From Bugula neritina (Eukaryota; Animalia; Bryozoa), in assembly GCA_964035545.1 (NCBI GenBank), contig CAXIUT010000230.1, forward strand, positions 1,054,001 through 1,118,000: DNA of 64,000 nt, written 5' to 3'. Position numbers and translations under genes: made by a program. Of this stretch, positions 16,101 through 28,552 are shown one piece after another. The first letter of the stretch is position 1. Every line of letters begins with the position of its first letter. Below the pieces are notes generated by a model, which was not told the origin of the DNA, did no database searches, and saw nothing but the letters and a program-made list of their open reading frames with translations.

Positions 16101-19100
16101 CTGAAATACACTGCAACATACTGCAAGATACCGCAACCTACTGAAATACACTGTAACATATTGAAATACACTGCATCATACTGCAACATACTGAATTACA
16201 CTGGAACATATTGATATACACTGCAACACATTGAAATATACTGCAACACACTGAAACATACGGCAATATACCAAAATATACTGCGACACCTTGAAAAATA
16301 CTGCAACATACGAAATATACTGCAAGTGGTGCAACATACTGAAATATAATGTGACACACTGGAATACACTGCAACATACTGCAACATACTGCAACGAACG
16401 GAAATACAGTGTAACTTATTGAATTACACTGCATCATACTGCAACATACTGAGATACACTGGAACATAACGATATACACTGCAACACATTGAAATATACT
16501 GCAACACACTGAACCATATGGCAACATACCGAAATTTACTGCGACACACTGAAAAATACTGCAACATACGAATTATACTTCAAGTGGTGCAACATACTGA
16601 AATACAATGTGACACACTGAAATACACTGCAACATATTGCAACATACTGAAATATTGTGCGACACATTGAAATATACTGCAACATATTGAAATATACTAT
16701 AACATACTGCAACATACTAAAATACACTGCAACATACTGAAATACATTGCAACACATTAAAATATACTGCGACATACTGAAACATACTGCAACATGCTGA
16801 AATATACTGCAACATACTGAAATACACTATAACATATTGAAATATACTGCAACATACTGAATTACACTCTAACATACTGAAATATGCTGTAGCATACTGA
16901 AATACACTGCAACACACTGAAGTATACTGTAATACACTGAAATGTAATGCAACATACTGAATTATACTGCAACATAGTGCAACATACTGAAATACACTAC
17001 AACATACTGCAACATACTGAAATACACTGGAACATATTGAAATACACTGCGACACATTGAAACATACTGCAACATACTGAAGTATACTGCAAGATACTGC
17101 AACATACTGAAACAGACTGTGACATACTGAAATACACTGCAACATACTGCAAGATACCGCAACCTACTGAAATACACTGTAACATATTGAAATACACTGC
17201 ATCATACTGCAACATACTGAATTACACTGGAACATATTGATATACACTGCAACACATTGAAATATACTGCAACACACTGAAACATACGGCAATATACCAA
17301 AATATACTGCGACACCTTGAAAAATACTGCAACATACGAAATATACTGCAAGTGGTGCAACATACTGAAATACAATGTGACACACTGGAATACACTGCAA
17401 CATACTGCAACATACTGAAATAATGTGCGACACAATAAAATATACTGCAACATATTGAAATATACTGTAATATACTGCAGCATACTAAAATACACTGCAA
17501 CACATTAAAATATACTGCAACATACTGAAACATACTGCAACATACTGAAATACACTGTGACACACTGAAATACACTGCAACATACTGCAACATACTGCAA
17601 CATACTAAAATACACTGCAAGACATTAAAATATACTGCAACATACTGAAACATACTGCAACATACTGAAATAAACTGCGACACGTTGAAAATGACTGCAA
17701 CATACTGAAATATACTGCGAAGCCTTAAAATATACTGCAACATACTGAAATAGACTGCAAGTGGTGCAACATACTGAAATACACTGTAACATATCGAAAT
17801 ACACTGCAACATACTGCAACATACTGAAATGCACCGGAACATAATGGAATACCCTGCAACACATTGAAATATACTGCAACAGACTGAAACATAAGGTAAC
17901 ACAATGAAGTATACTGCGACACGTTAATATATACTGCAACATACTGAAATATACTGCAACATACTGAAATGTAATGTAATATACAGAAATGTACTGTAAC
18001 ATACTGAATTATACTGCAACATAGTGCAACATACTGAAATACACTACAACAAACTGCAACATACTGAAATACACTGGAACATATTGAAATACATTGCGAC
18101 ACATTGAAATATACTGCAACATACTGAAATACACTGAGACACATTGAAATATACTGTAACATACTGCAACATACTAAAATACACTGCAACACATTAAAAT
18201 ATACTGCAACATACTGAAACATACTGCAACATACTGAAATACACTGTGACACACTGAAATACACTGCAACATACTGCAACATACTGCAACATACTGAATT
18301 ACACTGGAACATATTGATATACACTGCAACACATTGAAATATACTGCAACACACTGAACCATATGGCAACATACCGAAATTTACTGCGACACACTGAAAA
18401 ATACTGCAACATACGAATTATACTTCAAGTGGTGCAACATACTGAAATACAATGTGACACACTGAAATACACTGCAACATACTGCAACATACTGCAACAT
18501 ACTAAAATACACCGCAACACATTAAAATATACTCTAACATACTGAAACATACTGCAACATACTGAAATACACTGTGACACACTGAAATACACTGCAACAT
18601 ACTGCAACATACTGCAACATACTGAATTACACTGGAACATATTGATATACACTGCAACACATTGAAATATGCTGCAACACACTGAACCATATGGCAACAT
18701 ACCGAAATTTACTGCGACACACTGAAAAATACAGCAACATACGAATTATACTTCAAGTGGTGCAACATACTGAAATACAATGTGACACACTGAAATACAC
18801 TGCAACATACTGCAACATACTGCAACATACTGAAATATTGTGCGACACATTGAAATATACTACAACGTATTGAAATATACTGTAACATACTGCAACATAC
18901 TAAAATACACTGCAACATACTGAAATACATTGCAACATATTAAAATATACTGCGACATACTGAAACATACTGCAACATGCTGAAATATACTGCAACATAC
19001 TGAAATACACCATCACATATTGAAATATACTGCAACATACTGAATTACACTCTAACATACTGAAATATGCTGTAGCATACTGAAATACACTGCAACACAC

Positions 19101-22100
19101 TGAAGTATACTGTAATACACTGAAATGTAATGCAACATACTGAATTATACTGCAACATAGTGCAACATACTGAAATACACTACAACATACTGCAACATAC
19201 TGAAATACACTGGAACATATTGAAATACACTGCGACACATTGAAACATACTGCAACATACTGAAGTATACTGCAAAATACTGCAACATACTGAAACAGAC
19301 TGTGACATACTGAAATACACTGCAACATACTGCAAGATACCGCAACCTACTGAAATACACTGTAACATATTGAAATACACTGCATCATACTGCAACATAC
19401 TGAATTACACTGGAACATATTGATATACACTGCAACACATTGAAATATACTGCAACACACTGAAACATACGGCAATATACCAAAATATACTGCGACACCT
19501 TGAAAAGTACTGCAACATACGAAATATACTGCAAGTGGTGCAACATACTGAAATACAATGTGACACACTGGAATACACTGCAACATACTGCAACATACTG
19601 CAACGAACAGAAATACAGTGTAACTTAATGAATTACACTGCATCATACTGCAACATACTGAGATACACTGGAACATATCGACATACACTGCAACACATTG
19701 AAATATACTGCAACACACTGAACCATATGGCAACATACCGAAATTTACTGCGACACACTGAAAAATACTGCAACATACGAATTATACTTCAAGTGGTGCA
19801 ACATACTGAAATACAATGTGACACACTGAAATACACTGCAACATATTGCAACATACTGAAATATTGTGCGACACATTGAAATATACTGCAACATATTGAA
19901 ATATACTGTAACATACTGCAACATACTAAAATACACTGCAACATACTGAAATACATTGCAACACATTAAAATATACTGCGACATACTGAAACATACTGCA
20001 ACATGCTGAAATATACTGCAACATACTGAAATACACTATAACATATTGAAATATACTGCAACATACTGAATTACACTCTAACATACTGAAATATGCTGTA
20101 GCATACTGAAATACACTGCAACACACTGAAGTATACTGTAATACACTGAAATGTAATGCAACATACTGAATTATACTGCAACATAGTGCAACATACTGAA
20201 ATACACTACAACATACTGCAACATACTGAAATACACTGTGACATACTGAATTACACTGCATCATACTGCAACATACTGAGATACACTGGAACATATTGAT
20301 ATACACTGCAACACATTGAAATATACTGCAACACACTGAACCATATGACAACATACCAAAGTTTACTGCGACACACTGAAAAATTTTGCAACATACGAAA
20401 TATACTTCAAGTGGTGCAACATTCTGAAATACAATGTGACACACTGAAATACACTGCAACATACTGCAACATACTGCAACATACTGAAATATTGTGCGAC
20501 ACATTGAAATATACTGCAACATATTGAAATATACTGTAACATACTGCAACATACTAAAATACACTGCAACATACTGAAATACATTGCAACACATTAAAAT
20601 ATACTGCGACATATTGAAACATACTGCAACATGCTGAAATATACTGCAACATACTGAAATACACTATAACATATTGAAATATACTGCAACATACTGAATT
20701 ACACTCTAACATACTGAAATATGCTGTAGCATACTGAAATACACTGCAACACACTGAAGTATACTGTAATACACTGAAATGTAATGCAACATACTGAATT
20801 ATACTGCAACATAGTGCAACATACTGAAATACACTGTGACACACTGAAATACACTGAAACATAATGCAACATACTGCAACATACTGAAATACACTGTAAC
20901 ATATCGAAATACACTGCAACATACTGCAACATACTGCAACATACTGAAATACACCGTAACATATCGAAATACACTTCAACATACTGCAACATACTGAATT
21001 ACACTGGAACATATTGATATACACTGCAACACATTGAAATATACTGCAACACACTGAAACATACGGCAATATACCAAAATATACTGCGACACCTTGAAAA
21101 ATACTGCAACATACGAAATATACTGCAAGTGGTGCAACATACTGAAATACAATGTGACACACTGGAATACACTGCAACATACTGCAACATACTGAAATAT
21201 TGTGCGACACAATAAAATATACTGCAACATATTGAAATATACTGTAATATACTGCAACATACTAAAATACACTGCAACACATTAAAATATACTGCAACAT
21301 ACTGAAACATACTGCAACATACTGAAATACACTGTGACACACTGAAATACACTGCAACATACTGCAACATACTGCAACATACTAAAATACACTGCAAGAC
21401 ATTAAAATATACTGCAACATACTGAAACATACTGCAACATACTGAAATATACTGCAACACACTGAAACATACGGCAACATACCGAAATAAACTGCGACAC
21501 GTTGAAAATTATTTCAACATACTGAAATATACTGCGACGCCTTAAAATATACTGCAACATACTGAAATAGACTGCAAGTGGTGCAACATACTGAAATACA
21601 CTGTGACACACTGAAATACACTGCAACATACTGCAACATACTGCAACATACTGAAATATTGTGCGACACACTGAAATACACTGCAATATACTGCAACATA
21701 CTGCAACATACTGAATTACACTGGAACATATTGATATACACTGCAACACATTGAAATATACTGCAACACACTGAACCATATGGCAACATACCGAAATTTA
21801 CTGCGACACACTGAAAAATACTGCAACATACGAATTATACTTCAAGCGGTGCAACATACTGAAATACATTGTGACACACTGAAATACACTGCAACATACT
21901 GCAACATACTGCAACATACTGCAACATACTGAAATATTGTGTGACACATTGAAATATACTGCAACGTATTGAAATATACTGTAACATACTGCAACATACT
22001 AAAATACACTGCAACATACTGAAATACATTGCAACACATTAAAATATACTGCGACATACTGAAACATACTGCAACATGCTGAAATATACTGCAACATACT

Positions 22101-25100
22101 GAAATACACTATCACATATTGAAATATACTGCAACATACTGAATTACACTCTAACATACTGAAATATGCTGTAGCATACTGAAATACACTGCAACACACT
22201 GAAGTATACGGTAATACACTGAAATGTAATGCAACATACTGAATTATACTGCAACATAGTGCAACATACTGAAATACACTACAACATACTGCATCATACT
22301 GAAATACACTGGAACATATTGAAATACACTGCGACACATTGAAACATACTGCAACATACTGAAATATACTGCAAGATACTGCAACATACTGAAACAGACT
22401 GTGACATACTGAAATACACTGCAACATACTGCAAGATACCGCAACCTACTGAAATACACTGTAACATATTGAAATACACTGCATCATACTGCAACATACT
22501 GAATTACACTGGAACATATTGATATACACTGCAACACACTGAAATATACTGCAACACACTGAAACATACGGCAATATACCAAAATATACTGCGACACCTT
22601 GAAAAATACTGCAACATACGAAATATACTGCAAGTGGTGCAACATACTGAAATACAATGTGACACACTGGAATACACTGCAACATACTGCAACATACTGC
22701 AACATACTGAAATACACTGTAACATATTGAATTACACTGCATCATACTGCAACATACTGAAAAACACTGGAACATATTGATATGCACTGCAACTCATTGA
22801 AATATACTGCAACACACTGCAACATACGGCAGCATACCGAAATATACTGCGACACCTTGAAAAATACTGCAACATACTGAAATATACTGCAAGTGGTTCA
22901 ACATACTGAATTACACTCTAACATACTGAAATATGCTGTAGCATACTGAAATACACTGCAACACACTGAAGTATACTGTAATACACTGAAATGTAATGCA
23001 ACATACTGAATTATACTGCAACATAGTGCAACATACTGAAATACACTGTGACACACTGAAATACACTGAAACATAATGCAACATACTGCAACATACTGAA
23101 ATACACTGTAACTTATCGAAATACACTGCAACATACTGCAACATACTGCAACATACTGAAATACACCGTAACATATCGAAATACACTGCAACATACTGCA
23201 ACATACTGAAATGCACCGGAACATAATGGAATACCCTGCAACAGATTGAAATATACTGCGACAGACTGAAACATAAGGTAACACAATGAAGTATACTGCG
23301 ACACATTAAAATATACTGCAACATACTGAAATATACTGCAACATACTGAAATGTAATGTAATATACAGAAATGTACTGTAACATACTGAATTACACTCTA
23401 ACATACTGAAACATGCTGTAGCATACTGAAATACACTGCAACACACTGAAGTATACTGTAATACACTGAAATGTGATGCAACATACTGAATTATACTGCA
23501 ACATAGTGCAACATACTGAAATACACTACAACAAACTGCAACATACTGAAGTACACTGGAACATATTGAAATACATTGCGACACATTGAAACATACTGCA
23601 ACATACTGAAATACACTGAGACACATTGAAATATACTGTAACATACTGCAACATACTAAAATACACTGCAACACATTAAAATATACTGCAACATACTGAA
23701 ACATACTGCAACATACTGAAATACACTGTGACACACTGAAATACACTGCAACATACTGCAACATACTGCAACATACTGAATTACACTGGAACATATTGAT
23801 ATACACTGCAACACATTGAAATATACTGCAACACACTGAACCATATGGCAACATACCGAAATTTACTGCGACACACTGAAAAATACTGCAACATACGAAT
23901 TATACTTCAAGTGGTGCAACATACTGAAATACAATGTGACACACTGAAATACACTGCAACATACTGCAACATACTGTAACATACTAAAATACACCGCAAC
24001 ACATTAAAATATACTGCCACATACTGAAACATACTGCAACATACTGAAATACACTGTGACACACTGAAATACACTGCAACATACTGCAACATACTGCAAC
24101 ATACTGAATTACACTGGAACATTTTGATATACACTGCAACACATTGAAATATACTGCAACACACTGAACCATATGGCAACATACCGAAATTTACTGCGAC
24201 ACACTGAAAAATACAGCAACATACAAATTATACTTCAAGTGGTGCAACATACTGAAATACAATGTGACACACTGAAATACACTGCAACATACTGCAACAT
24301 ACTGCAACATACTGAAATATTGTGCGACACATTGAAATATACTGCAACGTATTGAAATATACTGTAACATACTGCAACATACTAAAATACACTGCAACAT
24401 ACTGAAATACATTGCAACACATTAAAATATACTGCGACATACTGAAACATACTGCAACATGCTGAAATATACTGCAACATACTGAAATACACCATCACAT
24501 ATTGAAATATACTGCAACATACTGAATTACACTCTAACACACTGAAATATGCTGTAGCATACTGAAATACACTGCAACACACTGAAGTATACTGTAATAC
24601 ACTGAAATGTAATGCAACATACTGAATTATACTGCAACATAGTGCAACATACTGAAATACACTACAACATACTGCAACATACTGAAATACACTGGAACAT
24701 ATTGAAATACACTGCGCCACATTGAAACATACTGCAACATACTGAAGTATACTGCAAGATACTGCAACATACTGAAACAGACTGTGACATACTGAAATAC
24801 ACTGCAACATACTGCAAGATACCGCAACCTACTGAAATACACTGTAACATATTGAAATACACTGCATCATACTGCAACATACTGAATTACACTGGAACAT
24901 ATTGATATACACTGCAACACATTGAAATATACTGCAACACACTGAAACATACGGCAATATACCAAAATATACTGCGACACCTTGAAAAATACTGCAACAT
25001 ACGAAATATACTGCAAGTGGTGCAACATACTGAAATATAATGTGACACACTGGAATACACTGCAACATACTGCAACATACTGCAACGAACGGAAATACAG

Positions 25101-25700
25101 TGTAACTTATTGAATTACACTGCATCATACTGCAACATACTGAGATACACTGGAACATAACGATATACACTGCAACACATTGAAATATACTGCAACACAC
25201 TGAACCATATGGCAACATACCGAAATTTACTGCGACACACTGAAAAATACTGCAACATACGAATTATACTTCAAGTGGTGCAACATACTGAAATACAATG
25301 TGACACACTGAAATACACTGCAACATATTGCAACATACTGAAATATTGTGCGACACATTGAAATATACTGCAACATATTGAAATATACTATAACATACTG
25401 CAACATACTAAAATACACTGCAACATACTGAAATACATTGCAACACATTAAAATATACTGCGACATACTGAAACATACTGCAACATGCTGAAATATACTG
25501 CAACATACTGAAATACACTATAACATATTGAAATATACTGCAACATACTGAATTACACTCTAACATACTGAAATATGCTGTAGCATACTGAAATACACTG
25601 CAACACACTGAAGTATACTGTAATACACTGAAATGTAATGCAACATACTGAATTATACTGCAACATAGTGCAACATACTGAAATACACTACAACATACTG
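4110..25700. repeat. Higher-order duplication, offset 13553-13554 bp (approx. 4110-12140 repeated at approx. 17660-25700)
   Basis: Near-identical ORF-track pairs at a constant offset: 5793/19347, 6372/19926, 7000/20554, 8445/21999, 9752/23306, 10828/24382, 11854/25408. The 1-bp shift is explained by the ctggacac deletion variant near 5680. Confidence 0.85.
10060..19170. repeat. Higher-order duplication, offset 4863 bp (approx. 10060-14310 repeated at approx. 14920-19170)
   Basis: ORF pairs 10102/14965, 10619/15482, 11854/16717, 12862/17725, 13828/18691. Shared rare variants include ctgcgccac, ggaacataacgat and gaaataatgtgc. Confidence 0.85.
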
Positions 25701-25975
25701 CAACATACTGAAATACACTGTAACTTATCGAAATACACTGCAACATACTGCAACATACTGCAACATACTGAAATACACTGCAACATACTGAAATACATTG
25801 CAACACATTAAAATATACTGCGACATACTGAAACATACTGCAACATGCTGAAATATACTGCAACATACTGAAATACACTATAACATATTGAAATATACTG
25901 CAACATACTGAATTACACTCTAACATACTGAAATATGCTGTAGCATACTGAAATACACTGCAACACAATGAAGTA

Positions 25976-25995
25976 CACAGTTAGTTTAAGGTCAT
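25976..25995 (+). repeat. Left terminal inverted repeat of transposon copy 1
   Basis: CACAGTTAGTTTAAGGTCAT is a 19/20 match to the reverse complement of 28533-28552. Confidence 0.95.
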
Positions 25996-26871
25996 TACTT
26001 TCCAGATTCAAGCACTGCTTTATGTTATATATAAACGGTTTCCAGGGGATAGCTCGAACAGTTTTTGTCTCACATTAATAAATTTTACATGAAAAGATAG
26101 CTCTTGCATTCCTCTTTCATATACTTTTTTAATTTTTCAATAAAAAATTTTCTGAGAAAGTTGTTGCATAATAAGTAAAATTTTACACCCTCCATGTTCC
26201 ACTGCTGTAGCACAGGGGATTTATTTTATAAAGTCTAAAAGTTAAACTTGACATTCCTTGATATGTTTTCTCTAATATACTTTCTTTGTTTTTTGAAATT
26301 CTGTTTATGCTCTTCACAATTTGGTAAAAACATACACCATTATGCAAGTTTCACTGCAATTTTCTAAATTCTTCATATGGTGGTTCTAGCTACGCTCCTG
26401 TGACTAATTATAACATCCCTAGTACGTTTGCTGCTCTGCGCGCTATCACAATAACATATAGTACCCTCTCGCACAAATTGGCAATCTATTGGATTTCTGC
26501 CAATATAATGTTCCCTGTTTTACATTAGCACTTAGCTGAATCATCTCATTATGTTACAATCTATTGACAATGCCTCAGCACAACATAATTCTTTGTTTGT
26601 TTGGCAGAGTTAATTTCAGCTAAATCACTTCACTTTGCAGTCTTGTCAGTAAAGGTCTGTCTATATTGCAGCAGGTGTACTTCCAGTTTCTCTAATTCAC
26701 ATATGATTATTTCAAGTACATTGTATTCTATAAGATCAATTTAAAGTTTAGCCCAGTGTTCAGTAGCTAAGTATTATGCATGTATGTTGTCTTACTGTTG
26801 AACAAAAGTTAAAAAACCTTTAAAATTATAGCCATATTTATTATACATGCATAGGATTTGCATAAGTTGAC

Positions 26872-26879
26872 AAAAAAAA
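26872..26879 (-). terminator. Putative Pol III oligo-T terminator (T8)
   Basis: A8 on the + strand, 13 nt downstream of the B box on the minus strand. It is conserved as T8 at 32137-32144 in copy 2. Confidence 0.4.
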
Positions 26880-26952
26880 TTGCAACATACTGGGATTGAA
26901 CCATGACCAACCAACTTCTCGCCGCCGCCTATAACCTCTGGACCACGCAGTC
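26872..26952 (-). ncRNA. Degenerate tRNA-derived / Pol III type-2 promoter cassette inside transposon copy 1
   Basis: The minus strand reads GACTGCG-TGGTCCAGAGG (A box, 26945-26935) ... GGTTCAATCC (B box, 26902-26893) ... then T8 (26879-26872). Spacing is tRNA-like, but the cloverleaf stems pair poorly, so it is not a canonical tRNA. Confidence 0.6.
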
Positions 26953-27889
26953 ATCGTTAATAAATTGCCAACTATATGAGTAACTATGAGTACATAAATA
27001 TTTCGCGCGCAAATGGGTTATAATTATTAGGCTGTCAATTCATGTTGATTAGCAGTGAACTGTTGCAATAGCCTCTGGTTACTAGCAAAGCTAATGGTTT
27101 TGAACAAATAACCCAACAGTTTAAAAATAAGTAGCTTGCGTATTACTAGCTACAAAAACAGGTCTGAAATAGACTAATAAAGCAAGGTCTTATTGTAGAG
27201 TTTGCCGATGTGCTCTAAAATAAAACTTAAACTGTATGGTATTACATGAGTATTTGTATGCGAGAGATAAATCAACAATACTGAGTTTCTGGAAAACAAC
27301 ATACTTGAAGTTAACTTTGACAATGGTGTGTTATTTTCATCATGCACTAGCACAGGTAGGGCCTATAGCATAAATCTCTAATCATATGAATCTTTATGAA
27401 GCCCACAGCTCATGTAAGGGTGGCAATGTAATTTGAAACTAAAAATTATGTTGCTGCATTGTGTCTAAGGTATATTAGAGAGCAGAATTTAATTTTACTA
27501 GCCTACCCCAACGGCATTCTACAATGCAGCTTATATGCTTGCAGTTGTAATAAGTACTGTCAATAGCAAGGTTACTATCACTGCTAGCTCTGTGCAGTAT
27601 GTAACCTCTTGAATAATTGCGCCAATTTTAAACTCTTGGAAGTTGGCCAAGTTATCATATCGCAGCCAGCCACCGGAGACAAAGCATCAGAGCTATTCAT
27701 ATAATATTATACTGATGCACTTGGTAGCAAATGTGGCTAATCTAATATAGTTCATAGTTCAACACCCTTTACTTTGGGAATACAGCCTCTTTTTTTAGGT
27801 TTACCTAACAAAGCATGAAAATATCTAAACTGATATTCTGATAATTTAGAGGTAAATTTTGAAAACTAGGTTAATTGCACTTGTTTGCA

Positions 27890-27985
27890 CAACAACAATA
27901 ATAAAATATATATTATGCAGTATAATAAAAACACACATAATACTATAATATAATATATTATAATGATAATAATATAATATTATAA
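27890..27985. repeat. AT-rich low-complexity (TAA/TAT-like) tract inside the transposon
   Basis: aacaacaataataaaatata...taataatatattataatgataataatataatattataag; mirrored at about 31035-31130 in copy 2. Confidence 0.7.
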
Positions 27986-28532
27986 GTACCATTACTGCAT
28001 TTTATAACTAGGATGGTTGCCGAAAAAATGTTTCACAAATTCTGTAATTATACATCAAAAATAGAACTAGCTAGGCAGCAGGTTAGAATAGAGTAAATTT
28101 TTAAAACATGAAATCATGATTTGACTATCGTTTTATTTAGGCCAACCAACCTAGGAATACAAGATTGGGTTTTAGCTGACAGTTTATAACATTTAGCTTT
28201 TGAGCCAGCAGCACTGGCACTTGTGAAGTATAGGCAAAGTTAGTGAAGCGAGACTAACGAGCACTCAAATACAAGGCATATTGAGACACAATAACAAGTC
28301 AGGAGCGTATAAATTGAAAAGAATGTGGAAGGGGGACTATATTTTTCAACACGCTATAACTTAAACATGAATTGGCTTTTGAAAAAAATAAAAAAGTATA
28401 TTGGAGAACATAAGTTTCTTTATCTTTTCATATTTTTTTTGTTCTTGTGACATTCAACCTGTTCGAGCTATCAGTGGAACATTGTTCATATAGAACATAA
28501 AGCACCTGGCAAAGAGCCAGAAAATGAAAAGT

Positions 28533-28552
28533 ATGACCTTAAACCAACTGTG
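28533..28552 (-). repeat. Right terminal inverted repeat of transposon copy 1
   Basis: ATGACCTTAAACCAACTGTG is the reverse complement of CACAGTTGGTTTAAGGTCAT. Confidence 0.95.

Larger units (their letters stand above)
1..25975. repeat. Satellite DNA array, 10-bp monomer (ACTGCAACAT / ACTGAAATAC family), left block
   Basis: Continuous 10-bp periodicity visible in the 10-base columns. Monomer variants recur in ordered modules. The + strand is A/C-rich and G-poor. The array runs off the window start. Confidence 0.99.
25976..28552 (+). mobile_element. Non-autonomous TIR DNA transposon, full length 2577 bp, CAC...GTG termini, 2-bp TSD (TA); probably CMC group (EnSpm/CACTA-like). Orientation is arbitrary.
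   Basis: Junctions read gaagTA|CACAGTTAGTTTAAGGTCAT ... ATGACCTTAAACCAACTGTG|TAtactgtaatac. Removing the element and one TA restores the common satellite module gaagtatactgtaatacactgaaatg. No ORF of 60 aa or more lies inside. The superfamily assignment is inferred from termini and TSD length only. Confidence 0.93.

Noticed and set aside
25976-26070. RAG/Transib RSS-like end (CACAGTT resembles the heptamer CACAGTG; gtttttgt at 26061 resembles a reversed nonamer)
   Set aside because: There is no nonamer at 12- or 23-bp spacing in the correct orientation, and the TSD is 2 bp rather than the 5 bp typical of Transib/RAG-like elements.
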